IMG/VR virus record: IMGVR_UViG_3300002835_000050
Span: 1-64,000 of that record
Source of the DNA: a virus
Direction: 5' to 3' (one strand)
DNA: 64,000 nucleotides
Positions 18,701-28,252 of this stretch are shown in pieces (position 1 is the stretch's first letter; the number at the start of each line of letters is the position of its first letter). A program made the translations under genes and the position numbers. The notes under the pieces are model-generated. The model saw only the letters and a program-made list of their open reading frames with translations, was not told where the DNA came from and made no database searches.

Positions 18701-21266
18701 TCAAGATAGTACAGGAACATATTATTCTTACTCAATTAATAATTTAAAAAGATCAGATGCTGTTACAGTAAGAACTGTAAATGGTAAAGGTGTAAGTACA
18801 GGTCCCGTATTTCTTAATACAGATAAATCTTTAGTTACATTAGGATCATTAATGAAAGCTGCCGTTAATTCAGAACCTGGTATATTACCTGGAGAAAAAC
18901 CAAGTTTTACAAATATTGATATTCCTTTTAGTTTACCAATTGCTAGTCATTATGGGGGACTAAAAGTTAGATTAAGAAATCAATATGGTCAATTACAAGG
19001 TATTAAACAAATTCCAATTACGCCTTGTGAACAAAAAATTGGTTCAGCGGATAATGCTTTTATAAGTCTTAATACAGGTCTAGTATGTCCTAGTATTACT
19101 ACAACTCCTGGAAGTGTTGTAATTAATACAGTATTAGCAAGTACACCAATATTCTTTGGAGGAGATACCTTTATAAATAGATACACAGAGAAAAATACTT
19201 TCTTTTATTTCTATGATTGGTTATTTGGTCAACCAGATGGATTTGAATATAACTACTATCAACATCAAATGATTCCTTCACCTAGATTTGCTGTAAACAA
19301 TATTAGATATGATGTTGGCGATATGGCAAGTGGTATTACAGATATATCAGCTCCCCCTGCACAAGGTACAGGAGCACTACCCTCTTCATTTTATAATTTA
19401 GATTGGGAAAACTATCACTATGAGGATGATGACCCAGGAGATTATCCAGGATTGTTTGGTGCAACAAGATGTAAATTTTATTTAGCTAATTCATCTGTAA
19501 GAGACTTTTTTGTTGAATCTGATGTATTAGTTGACTTTAGACAACAAGGTCTTGAGGAAGGAGCTAAACACTATGATCCATATAGATATACAAACTATCC
19601 GGCAATGTTTAATATGAATCCTCAAATTATTACAAGAGGTAATGAATATAGATATGATTACTCATTAAGTATATCCAAAGCATTTACTCAGTATTTTTCT
19701 CAAGGATCTTTACAAAGTAGATACTATGATCCTAATGTAGCCAAGTTATGTTATACATATTATCCTGATAGAATTTACTATTCACTACAACAACAGAATG
19801 AATCATTTAAAGATAGTTGGTTTGTTTACTTACCAAATAACTATAATGAATTTAAGTCTCAAGTCAGTGGAGTAAAGTCTATTAATAAAAGTGGTTTGTT
19901 TATTACTTTTAAAAATGATAGTCCATTAATGTACCAAGGTGTTGATACACTTCAAACAGATTTAAGTACTAAGATTACTATTGGTGACGGAGGTTTATTT
20001 AGTCAACCAGGACAATCTGTATCTAATGCAGATAAACCCTATGAATATGGATCATCTCAAAGTAGACTAGCTGTTATTTCTACACCTGCTGGATTATTTT
20101 ATATGTCTGAGAATCAGGCTAAGATATTTAACTATTCAGGTGGCTTAAAAGAAATTTCACAAACAGGTCTTAAGTGGTGGTTTACACTATTCTTACCATA
20201 TAAGTTAACTGATGATTTTCCAGATTATCCATATCAAGATAATCCAGTAGCTGGTATTGGTTGTCAAGCAATGTATGATAATACTAACTCTATTATTTAC
20301 TTTACTAAAAAAGATTATAAAGTAAAAGATGAATATAAAGGATTAGTAACATATGTACCTCTAATTACTTTTGGAGCATTAAAAGGACAAGGAGATTACT
20401 TTGTTTTAGATGGTAAAGGAAAATATTTAATTGGTGATCCAATGATATTTGAAGATGCTTCTTGGACATTAAGTTATGACCCTAAGAATGAATTTTGGAT
20501 TAGTTATCATGACTGGCATCCAGATTTATCTATGCCTACTAAGTCATACTTTATGACAAGTAAAGAAAATACTATTTGGAAACATAATTATGTTTGTGAC
20601 AGCTACTGTAACTACTATGGACAGAATTATCCATTTGAAGTTGAGATACCAATTATTACAGGTGAAACAGTTACTACATTAAAATCTGTTCAGTACATTC
20701 TAGAGTGTTATAAAAGAGATAGTTATAACTGTGTAGATCAGTTTCAAGTACTAGACTTTAACTTTGATAAAGCTGTAGTCTATAATATGGAACAAGTTTC
20801 TGGATACCTTAACTTAAATATATTCCCTAAGAATAATATCACATTAAGTTTAGAATATCCAAAACCACGTCCAGGTATAATTATTGAACCTAATGTACAA
20901 CCATTACCAGGATTTGATATCTTATTTTCTAAAGAAGAAAATAAATACAGATTTAATCAGTTCTGGGATATTACAAGAAACAGAGGAGAGTTTCCAAATG
21001 GAGCTGGTTATCCACCACAAGGTACATTAGTACCAGGAACAACAGTGCTTGCAGGTAATTATACTCAAGAGTACTTATGGGTAACACAATCAAATGGTTA
21101 CATTAAAACATTGAATCCAAATAATATGGATATTGCAAAACCATTACTTCAAAGAAAGAAGTTCAGACATTATCTAAACTTTTTAAATTTAAGAAAAGAT
21201 GTGTCAGGAGATGTCAATATGATATTGAAATTAACAAGTACTAAGAATCAATTATCCAATAGATAA
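15795..21266 (+). CDS. Tail stabilization/muzzle protein (P22 gp10-like)
   Basis: 1823 aa; N-terminal FTKGLNKD...YARNA; GYWESTETYP...IRHHKFP; WTLSY...WISYHDWHP near the C-terminus. Confidence 0.75.
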   Translation: MAGKIQNTSQNINHSFTKGLNKDSDPSFVQDGMWTYARNAVNNTVEGDLGAISNETSNFLCATTGSTMPPIAIKKYIIGAIQVYSDKWLIFTAGHNSKGQPVNSEIGLLEEERCIYRPIVQDSCLGFDKRYLISGVSREKEDCTWQVYFADGLNPDRYLNIGDPQTWPSSGYTWMGTTADMNYYTNGIDKILWPGVRWKELCSDSFGVTQTTPGVWPTGSPQGCIICKDLNSLDCDKIRLARLMTTPCLKLRPGSSGGTLRNGTYFAVIAYTIKGQKVTDYFSPSNTQPLWTVNDSESSLTLTIEADFVNFDEFVLVIVQNINQGTVARQIGTYSTKTTRIELDQIKEDLITVPTEFLPIQTPVFEKSDQIAEVNNYLLRVGPTSKFDFNYQPLANLIKAKWASVEYPADYYVKGGWKGSYLRDEVYAFFIRWVYDTGDKSSSYHIPGRAPSTYTLPTSGNSVGELLLIPNDQNALAPDDQVFDVYNTASVDPGSTLVNTVLEDGGKILEVGTMGYWESTETYPDNQDFIWNASSHCWTGKQNSPSQVYDLCGLPIRHHKFPDNCLSPNTTHFKSNPNSSTQGDLLNIRIMGVYFENIITPKDNEGNEVTGVVGYEILRGSREGNKSIIAKGMINNVRTYAIKGSAARGRTGIYPNYPFNTIKPLNNIGSNGQGNYNLNDPYIRMTPTGSNTIINQTIPKDIVTFHSPDTMFRTPFLSTTELKLYGSLSGYSTQNFQDPAEHPKFKLLSDFVILPMFMVGLAEAVVSITGKRTMNTLSQQDVSAAYDTNLSTVPGVGNSPSLVAIPQLAAANAAISVYNTAVELYYNSAGGLFLDAFAVMFGGIDSSVQAIAQSTLQSTLNGIALSGTSGLGYIPSFTGTIEYPSYAYLPGLLRALGGINQFLFYFAEGANTSLDFINAMLPYEQFGMQSLAHGFYSAMTPENTKTDIVRFRTPDSFYIRDNIQEIPKYQDSTGTYYSYSINNLKRSDAVTVRTVNGKGVSTGPVFLNTDKSLVTLGSLMKAAVNSEPGILPGEKPSFTNIDIPFSLPIASHYGGLKVRLRNQYGQLQGIKQIPITPCEQKIGSADNAFISLNTGLVCPSITTTPGSVVINTVLASTPIFFGGDTFINRYTEKNTFFYFYDWLFGQPDGFEYNYYQHQMIPSPRFAVNNIRYDVGDMASGITDISAPPAQGTGALPSSFYNLDWENYHYEDDDPGDYPGLFGATRCKFYLANSSVRDFFVESDVLVDFRQQGLEEGAKHYDPYRYTNYPAMFNMNPQIITRGNEYRYDYSLSISKAFTQYFSQGSLQSRYYDPNVAKLCYTYYPDRIYYSLQQQNESFKDSWFVYLPNNYNEFKSQVSGVKSINKSGLFITFKNDSPLMYQGVDTLQTDLSTKITIGDGGLFSQPGQSVSNADKPYEYGSSQSRLAVISTPAGLFYMSENQAKIFNYSGGLKEISQTGLKWWFTLFLPYKLTDDFPDYPYQDNPVAGIGCQAMYDNTNSIIYFTKKDYKVKDEYKGLVTYVPLITFGALKGQGDYFVLDGKGKYLIGDPMIFEDASWTLSYDPKNEFWISYHDWHPDLSMPTKSYFMTSKENTIWKHNYVCDSYCNYYGQNYPFEVEIPIITGETVTTLKSVQYILECYKRDSYNCVDQFQVLDFNFDKAVVYNMEQVSGYLNLNIFPKNNITLSLEYPKPRPGIIIEPNVQPLPGFDILFSKEENKYRFNQFWDITRNRGEFPNGAGYPPQGTLVPGTTVLAGNYTQEYLWVTQSNGYIKTLNPNNMDIAKPLLQRKKFRHYLNFLNLRKDVSGDVNMILKLTSTKNQLSNR

Positions 21267-22357
21267 TGACTAATAAAAAAGTTCTATCCAAAGCTGTATC
21301 TGAATTAGATAAAGCAAAGGCTCCGGCAAAACCTAAAGATATAATCACTGATCCAATGGGTCAGTGGAAATATCCTGGACAAGTTACCAGAATACCTTCT
21401 GATAATATAACAATGCAAGGTGTTAATTATCCAGTATGGGCACAACCTAATATAGGCCCTGGTATGATGATGCAACCAGGTCAAGATTACATGTTTCCAG
21501 AAGCTGATTATGTAGATGAATATCCTCAAATGAAAAGAGGAGGGTCTAAAAAAAATAAAAAGTATACTAGGAATATTACTGCTCTTAATAAACTTTTTGC
21601 TGAAAACTATTTATTTAAAAAACCAGGTAAGAAACAAATCTATGATCCTAATACTCCACTATTTGAAGATGGAGGATATATTGAAGAAGACATATCTGTA
21701 CCTTCATTGCAAAATAATGTATTTGCTCCAGGTGGTGTTGTAGATCTTAATCCTGAAACAATGAAAAAATATCTTGCTGCTTTAAAGGTACAAGAGAATA
21801 ATGAAAATACAGGACTTAGAAAAAATAAATGGTATCCTTATCCAAGTTCTGAAAAAGGAACTGATACAATTGCTTATGGTCATAAATTATTACCAGGAGA
21901 ACAAAAGTATTATGAAGGCATAACTACACAACAAGCTGAAGCTTTAGCAAGAAAAGATGTATTAGAAAAACAAGAATCTGCTAAAGGACGTATTGATAAA
22001 AAATATGGTAAGGGTACATTTGATAAGTTACCACAGGATGCTCAAATGTTATTAGTTGATTATCAGTATAATGTAGGTTTACAAAAGTTTCCTAAATTTG
22101 TAGAAGCTGTAATAAAAGGTGATAAGCCTACAATGCTAAAAGAATATGAAAGAACTTCTGATGTAGGTAAGTTAACTAAAAGAAATAATTGGACTAAAGA
22201 GGTTATTGACAACTTAGAATATCCTGTAATTAAAAAACCAGCAAAAGCTAAAGTTGCAAGTCTAGAATCTGAAAATGATTATACAGAAGCAGAACTAACC
22301 CCAGAAGAAATAGAGTGGTATAAATCACAAGGTTATATAGTAGAAGAACTTGATTAA
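21266..22357 (+). CDS. Virion-associated lysozyme (T4/GH24-like domain) with N-terminal accessory module
   Basis: LKVQEN...YP..EKGTDTIAYGHKL...FDKLPQDAQMLLVDYQYNVG..KFPKFVEAVIKGD. Confidence 0.65.
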   Translation: MTNKKVLSKAVSELDKAKAPAKPKDIITDPMGQWKYPGQVTRIPSDNITMQGVNYPVWAQPNIGPGMMMQPGQDYMFPEADYVDEYPQMKRGGSKKNKKYTRNITALNKLFAENYLFKKPGKKQIYDPNTPLFEDGGYIEEDISVPSLQNNVFAPGGVVDLNPETMKKYLAALKVQENNENTGLRKNKWYPYPSSEKGTDTIAYGHKLLPGEQKYYEGITTQQAEALARKDVLEKQESAKGRIDKKYGKGTFDKLPQDAQMLLVDYQYNVGLQKFPKFVEAVIKGDKPTMLKEYERTSDVGKLTKRNNWTKEVIDNLEYPVIKKPAKAKVASLESENDYTEAELTPEEIEWYKSQGYIVEELD

Positions 22358-22399
22358 ACTTATTAAGTTTATTGAATAAATTAAAATTTACTATATTTA
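22355..22399 (+). promoter_or_regulatory. Putative late promoter with 17-bp palindrome (TAAACTT-att-AAGTTTA-N20-TATATTTA)
   Basis: Perfect inverted repeat at 22355-22371; TATATT at 22392. Confidence 0.55.
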
Positions 22400-22414
22400 A
22401 TTATAACTAGTTAT

Positions 22415-25400
22415 ATGAAAAAAAGAGTAAGATTATATAAGGCACAAGAAGGTGGTACACCTGATGTCAATATGTTAAGTTACCCAGGTGCTCAAGCGCA
22501 ACAATCTGATGAAGGATCCAATGATCAATTAGTATCTATGATATTAAGTGATATTGGTAATTCTTTATCTAAAGATCAAATTGTAGGTAAGTTAGTTACT
22601 GTATTTAATACAGATCCAAATGAAGCAAATCAAATTGTAGATCAAGTTTTTAAATATGTAGAACAACAAAAACAATCTGAGATAGAAGCTGCTGATGATG
22701 AGGACAATGAAGAAGATGTTCAAGAAACTGTTGTAGCTGAAGAAGAAGTTGTAGAAGAACCTGAAAGTAGAGGACAGACTGGTACTCAAATGTCTAATGA
22801 AATAATTGATGAATGGGATGATTCATCTGCTGATGATACAGAATTTTCTTCAAATTTAGTTATGCAGTATGGTGGTTATCCAATGGCACAAGAAGGTATG
22901 GAAGTACCAATTCAAATGCCAGATGTAAGTTCTTACTTGCCTCAAGATATGGCTGATTATTTAGGAGGAACAACTAATCCTTATTCAGGTTTAGCATGGA
23001 ATTCTCCAGATCAAACAGAAAATATAGTAGAGGATGAAGAAGTATTTTCTGATTATACTGAGCCAGAATTACCTGAAGAAAGATTTGGTGGTATGCCAAG
23101 TAAAAGAAGTTATGTAAATTCTGTTCTTAAGTTGGTTAAGAAACAAATGGGTGGTGATAGTGCTGCTCCAGAATCTGCTAAATATGATGATGACAATGCT
23201 GATCCAACAGGTGCTAATGTAAGAAAGAAAGCATTAGATAAATTTATTGGATCTGTTAAGAATCAATCTGGTATGGCTTTAGCTAAACAACAAGCAGAGC
23301 AACAGTATGAACAAATGATGCAACAGCAAATGGCTATGCAACAATATCCTATGGCTCAACAAGGAGGAGAACAAGATACTGAAAATCCAATGCATCATCT
23401 ACAAGCATTTTCTCAATCTATGAACAATGTTTTTGATGATCAACAAAATGAATTAGTACAAGCTCAATTTGGTGGTTTATTTGGTAGAAGAAGAATGAAT
23501 AACATGATGCAACAAGGTATGCCTATGATACCTGGAATGCCTCCTATTACTAAAATTGATGTAAGAAAATCAGGTTGGTTATTTAATAGACCAAAAGAAT
23601 ATTCAATTGAATTTGGTGCATATAGTCCAATGCCTGGAATGAGTCCACAAGGATTACCACCTCAAGCATATGGTTATAGTACAAGAACTATTAAAACACC
23701 TGCTAAAAGAATTAAAGTAGAAACAACAGCTGAAGTAGTTAATAATGAAGCTATTAAAGAAGTATCTGCTGCTACTCCTACATCTGATGCAACTACAAAA
23801 GCAGCTGATGCCCCTGTTACAACTACAACTCCAGTAACTACAAGTACGGGCACTAAAAATGTTCCTATAAAAGTAAATCCAAAAGTTGTAGATAAAATTA
23901 AAACAGATAATAAAGTAAATAGTAAAAATACTAAAGATGGTATTTATGCATATGGTACTGCAGATGGTACATACAAAAAACAAAATGGTATTTGGTATGT
24001 AAACCGTGGTGTTAAAACAAAAATGCAGTACTTACCTATAACTGATCAAAGAAGAATTAATGAGTTAAATAAAAAAGCAGATTATAAAGGAGAGGCTAGT
24101 AAACAAGAAGATGGTAAGTTTACTATGCAAAATCCTTTTGGATATAATCCTGCTATAGATCCTCGTACAGGTAACTATAGACCAATGAGTGCAATTGCTG
24201 ATGATGACTTTGTACAAACAGCAGCTTTTTTAGGCGCAGCTGGTAGAGTAGGAAGCGGAACTGCAGATGTCTTAGAACAATTTACATTTAAAAGACCAAC
24301 TAACCTTTTAGGTAAAGGAAGAAACATGGTTAATCCAGGACAACCTATGTTAGGACCAGGACAACCTATGCTTAATCCAGGTCAAGGATTAATTAATCCT
24401 CCTGGAGGTTTTCAATATGCTTTACCATTTCAAGAAGGTGGTGTAGTAGATAATCCTTTTGCAGATGAGTATGGTAATCTACAACAATTTATTGGTGGTG
24501 GAGATGAAGATATTACACAAGGAGATTTAGATGATGTTTATTCTAAAGATACAGCTAATGGAGATTTTCCTATGGCTCAATGGGGTGGTGTAATAGAAGC
24601 TTTATTTCCTGCTAATATTATGCCTAGACGTTATGGAAGAGGATATTCTCAAATGGTAGGTTCACCTTATGATCCTAGAACTAAGATGGCTATGCCTAAT
24701 TTTATGCCAGGACCTGGAGCGCATCTTAATAAAATTGATGTAACTAAATCAAATTGGTTAACAGGAGCTCCAAAGAAATATACTGTAACTTATGGTCAAA
24801 CTATGGCAGGTCCAAGAAATCAGCCAGGTTTACCTAACTCAGGGACTAATACTCCTCAGACTCAAATGAGAAACTCTAAGAGAACTGATATTCCTGATGA
24901 TTTAAGTTTAGCTGCTAAAATGGCTATTAACAGAGGTGATAGACAAACTGCTAGAAATGATAGAAGATTAGCAAGACATCCTGAGTATTTAGAATCTCCA
25001 TTTACTCCTGAACAACAAGAAGCTAGAAAGTTATTTAAAAAAGTAACTGGTCCTAAAGAACCTGTTAAACCAGGAATGACTGATGAGCAATTACAACAGT
25101 TTAACCAAGCAGTTAGTAATTCTGCAGGAGTACCTGGATATAATGGACAGTTTCAAAGAGGTGGTGATTTACAAAGATTTATTCCCCAAGCTCAAACAGG
25201 TATGCAAAATCCTGTAAGTTATGCTAATAATCCTGCAGTAGCTAATGTAACTCAAAATTATTTTGATAAAAACAATCAAGCTAAACCAGGTGACTTTACA
25301 GATATTTTTGCAGACTATGCTAGAGCAAATAAACAAGATGCTTCTGGTGGTTATGAACAAGAGACTGCCGTAGATTACAAAGCTAAAAAAGCTCCTGGAT

Positions 25401-26062
25401 CATTTGATGGAGAAGCAATGGTTAATACAATCAATGCTGGTGTACAAGGTGTAACAGGATTAATTAACAGAGCTCAAGATCAAAAAGCTGAAGCTAAAAT
25501 GCAAGAGAATCTTACAGCAGATAACTTATATGCATCTGATCCTAGCAAAGACCGTGGAGACTATGATACTAACTCTGGTTTATACAGATTAGATGAGATG
25601 GGTCAAAAATGGAATAGCCGTTCTAAACAATATGGTGGAGATATCTATCAAGATGGTGGTCAGAAAGCTAGATTTTATGATACAGCTATTGGTGAATATA
25701 ATCAATGGTTAGCTACTCCTGCAGCATGGCAAGAAGATCCCGAGATGTTAGCTCCAGATGGTAAAAATTTAAACTTATGTTTAGATTGTATGGATGTAGA
25801 TTGGAACAGTGAGCAAGATATAAGAGATGCTCATAAACTAATTGAAGAGGGTTACTCAACAGGAACTCACAGAAATCAAGAAGTATTTAATACAGCTTTG
25901 AAAAAATATGGATTAGAAACACCTCAGTACAGTTCTAAAAAAGCAGTATCAAAAAAACAATTTGGTGGAAATATAGGATATACTGAAGGTGATGAAGTTG
26001 ATATGACTGAAGAAGAAATAGCAGACTTTATTGCTAACGGAGGTGAATTAGAATATTTATAA
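22415..26062 (+). CDS. Low-complexity internal (cargo) virion protein with many AQxGG/QxGG motifs
   Basis: 1215 aa, acidic and Gln/Met/Pro-rich; lies between muzzle and vRNAP genes. Confidence 0.55.
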   Translation: MKKRVRLYKAQEGGTPDVNMLSYPGAQAQQSDEGSNDQLVSMILSDIGNSLSKDQIVGKLVTVFNTDPNEANQIVDQVFKYVEQQKQSEIEAADDEDNEEDVQETVVAEEEVVEEPESRGQTGTQMSNEIIDEWDDSSADDTEFSSNLVMQYGGYPMAQEGMEVPIQMPDVSSYLPQDMADYLGGTTNPYSGLAWNSPDQTENIVEDEEVFSDYTEPELPEERFGGMPSKRSYVNSVLKLVKKQMGGDSAAPESAKYDDDNADPTGANVRKKALDKFIGSVKNQSGMALAKQQAEQQYEQMMQQQMAMQQYPMAQQGGEQDTENPMHHLQAFSQSMNNVFDDQQNELVQAQFGGLFGRRRMNNMMQQGMPMIPGMPPITKIDVRKSGWLFNRPKEYSIEFGAYSPMPGMSPQGLPPQAYGYSTRTIKTPAKRIKVETTAEVVNNEAIKEVSAATPTSDATTKAADAPVTTTTPVTTSTGTKNVPIKVNPKVVDKIKTDNKVNSKNTKDGIYAYGTADGTYKKQNGIWYVNRGVKTKMQYLPITDQRRINELNKKADYKGEASKQEDGKFTMQNPFGYNPAIDPRTGNYRPMSAIADDDFVQTAAFLGAAGRVGSGTADVLEQFTFKRPTNLLGKGRNMVNPGQPMLGPGQPMLNPGQGLINPPGGFQYALPFQEGGVVDNPFADEYGNLQQFIGGGDEDITQGDLDDVYSKDTANGDFPMAQWGGVIEALFPANIMPRRYGRGYSQMVGSPYDPRTKMAMPNFMPGPGAHLNKIDVTKSNWLTGAPKKYTVTYGQTMAGPRNQPGLPNSGTNTPQTQMRNSKRTDIPDDLSLAAKMAINRGDRQTARNDRRLARHPEYLESPFTPEQQEARKLFKKVTGPKEPVKPGMTDEQLQQFNQAVSNSAGVPGYNGQFQRGGDLQRFIPQAQTGMQNPVSYANNPAVANVTQNYFDKNNQAKPGDFTDIFADYARANKQDASGGYEQETAVDYKAKKAPGSFDGEAMVNTINAGVQGVTGLINRAQDQKAEAKMQENLTADNLYASDPSKDRGDYDTNSGLYRLDEMGQKWNSRSKQYGGDIYQDGGQKARFYDTAIGEYNQWLATPAAWQEDPEMLAPDGKNLNLCLDCMDVDWNSEQDIRDAHKLIEEGYSTGTHRNQEVFNTALKKYGLETPQYSSKKAVSKKQFGGNIGYTEGDEVDMTEEEIADFIANGGELEYL

Positions 26063-26071
26063 TATACAACT

Positions 26072-28252
26072 ATGAAAGTAAGAATTAAAAAAATTCCACA
26101 AGCAAGAACAGGGTACCAAGTTAAAGGTGCTTTAGTTAATGATGTGCCAGCTTTTGGTGGAGCAGATTATAACGCATATATTGGAAAACCAAATGCAAAA
26201 GCTTCAAGAACTTTAACTGCTGTTCCAAGAGAAGAAGCAAATCTTGAGGCAGAAGGAGGAGAAACTGTAGTTGGTAATCTTGATGGAAGCATGATGCCTT
26301 CATTTAAAACAATCAAAGGCCCAAGACATACTAATGGAGGTGTTCCATTAAATTTGCCAGATGATAGTTTTATCTATAGTGATACTAAAGATATGAAGAT
26401 TAATGATGCTCATATTTTAAAAATGTTTGGTAAGCCTGCTAAAAAAGGTGGCTATACTCCAGCAGAATTATCTAAAAAGTTTGATATCCAAAAGTATAGA
26501 GAGATATTACAAAATTCTGATTCTGATAAAATTGATAGAAAGACTGCAGAGTTAATGATTAAAACATATACTCTTAAGTTAGGAGCTTTAGCATTAGCGC
26601 AAGAATCTAAAAAAGGATTTCCACAAGGTATTCCAGAAATTGCTAAACCATATATGGAAGCAAATGATATTAAAGAAGAAGATTTAATACCACAAGAATA
26701 TCAAGAACAACAGGAAAGCATGCAGTATGAGCAATCAGAGAATCCTATGATGCAACAAATGGAAGGAGCAAATGAAGCTCCTATGCAGATGCCAAATGGT
26801 GAAGCTGTTGCAATGCCTCAAGAGATGTCAGAAATGTCGCCAGAGATGATGCAAGGAGCTCCTATGGCTATGTATGGAATGCAGATGGGTGGTTATGCTT
26901 TACCTTTCTATGATGATCCTAATGAAATGGCATATGGTGGCAGTTTATATAAAGCTGCAAATGGTGTTACTACAGGAGATCCTAAAGTATCTACTAGTGG
27001 AAGAGCACTTACTCCTGCTGAATTAGAAGAAAGAAGAAAAAAACAAGAAAAGATTAGAACTCAAAAAGGAACAACAGCTCCTGAAGGATATACTAAACTT
27101 GCAGATGGGACTTATGCTAAAGGTACTATGCGTGAAGGTGAAGTTAAACCTTTACAACCAAGACAAAAAATAACTAAACAAACTACTAATCCTGCACAAT
27201 ATAAAAAAGATATATGTGCTAAAATAAAAAGTTCTGGATATACCGCTGATCAAGCTGCTCAAATGGGATGGATTGATAAAAGTAGAGTTGGAGAATTTAA
27301 AGGTTGTGAAGGTGCAAAAAAATCTGAAGAAGAAGTTGACTTTTTAAAATTAGAAGAAGAACCTGGTACTGAAAGATGTGAATGTACTAGAAAAGATGGT
27401 ACTACATATGATCCAGGTAAAAATGATGATGATAGTTGTAAAGACTGTGAAGAAGCTATGTCAGTTCAAGAAAATAAAATGTCTTTTAAAGGTCAACAAA
27501 AACAACCTGCTGCATGGTGGTTACAGGATACTGTAAATACTATGGGTGCATTTGGTGATATGATGAGAACTAAGAAATATATGCCATGGGAAGCAAGAGT
27601 TGATCTTGAAGAACCAAGACCTACATTCTTAGATCCTACAAGAGAGTTAGCTGCACAATCTGAGCAAGCAAATATTGCTTCTCAAGCTGCTGCATCTTTT
27701 GCTGGACCTCAAGCTTTAAATGCTAGACTTTCTCAAATACAAGGACAAGGTGCTAGAGGAGCTGCTGATACTTTATCTAAAATAAATAATCAGAATGTAA
27801 ACATTGCTAATCAGTTTGAAGCTAATCAAGTTGGTGTAAGAAACCAAGAGAATATGTTGAATCAGCAAATGGCAAACAGAGTCTATGACAAAAATGTTGT
27901 AGCTAATCAACAATTTGATAATGCTAAAACTGCAGGTAGAGCTAACATGCGTCAAGCATATAATACAGCTCTTACTAATAGAGCTAAGACAGATGCTATG
28001 AATCAGTTATATCCTAACTATCAAGTTGATCCAAGTACAGGAGGTATGGTTAATTATACACCAACTGTAAAGAAAGCTGATCCAGGAGCTAAAGAAATGG
28101 ATGAATTTGAATACATGAATAAACTTAGAAAAAGTGGATTTTCAGATAAAGCTGCTGTTGATGCAATGAAAAGAAAGTTTGGTAGACTTGGTGGTCAAAT
28201 GTTTGAACATGGAGGATTTGTATACTCAGTTTTTCCTGTAGTATCACTATAA
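26072..28252 (+). CDS. Internal cargo protein
   Basis: NLEAEGGE...GPRHTNGGVP...FIYSD N-terminal module typical of crAss-like cargo proteins; Gln/Asn/Ala-rich coiled C-terminal region. Confidence 0.6.
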   Translation: MKVRIKKIPQARTGYQVKGALVNDVPAFGGADYNAYIGKPNAKASRTLTAVPREEANLEAEGGETVVGNLDGSMMPSFKTIKGPRHTNGGVPLNLPDDSFIYSDTKDMKINDAHILKMFGKPAKKGGYTPAELSKKFDIQKYREILQNSDSDKIDRKTAELMIKTYTLKLGALALAQESKKGFPQGIPEIAKPYMEANDIKEEDLIPQEYQEQQESMQYEQSENPMMQQMEGANEAPMQMPNGEAVAMPQEMSEMSPEMMQGAPMAMYGMQMGGYALPFYDDPNEMAYGGSLYKAANGVTTGDPKVSTSGRALTPAELEERRKKQEKIRTQKGTTAPEGYTKLADGTYAKGTMREGEVKPLQPRQKITKQTTNPAQYKKDICAKIKSSGYTADQAAQMGWIDKSRVGEFKGCEGAKKSEEEVDFLKLEEEPGTERCECTRKDGTTYDPGKNDDDSCKDCEEAMSVQENKMSFKGQQKQPAAWWLQDTVNTMGAFGDMMRTKKYMPWEARVDLEEPRPTFLDPTRELAAQSEQANIASQAAASFAGPQALNARLSQIQGQGARGAADTLSKINNQNVNIANQFEANQVGVRNQENMLNQQMANRVYDKNVVANQQFDNAKTAGRANMRQAYNTALTNRAKTDAMNQLYPNYQVDPSTGGMVNYTPTVKKADPGAKEMDEFEYMNKLRKSGFSDKAAVDAMKRKFGRLGGQMFEHGGFVYSVFPVVSL

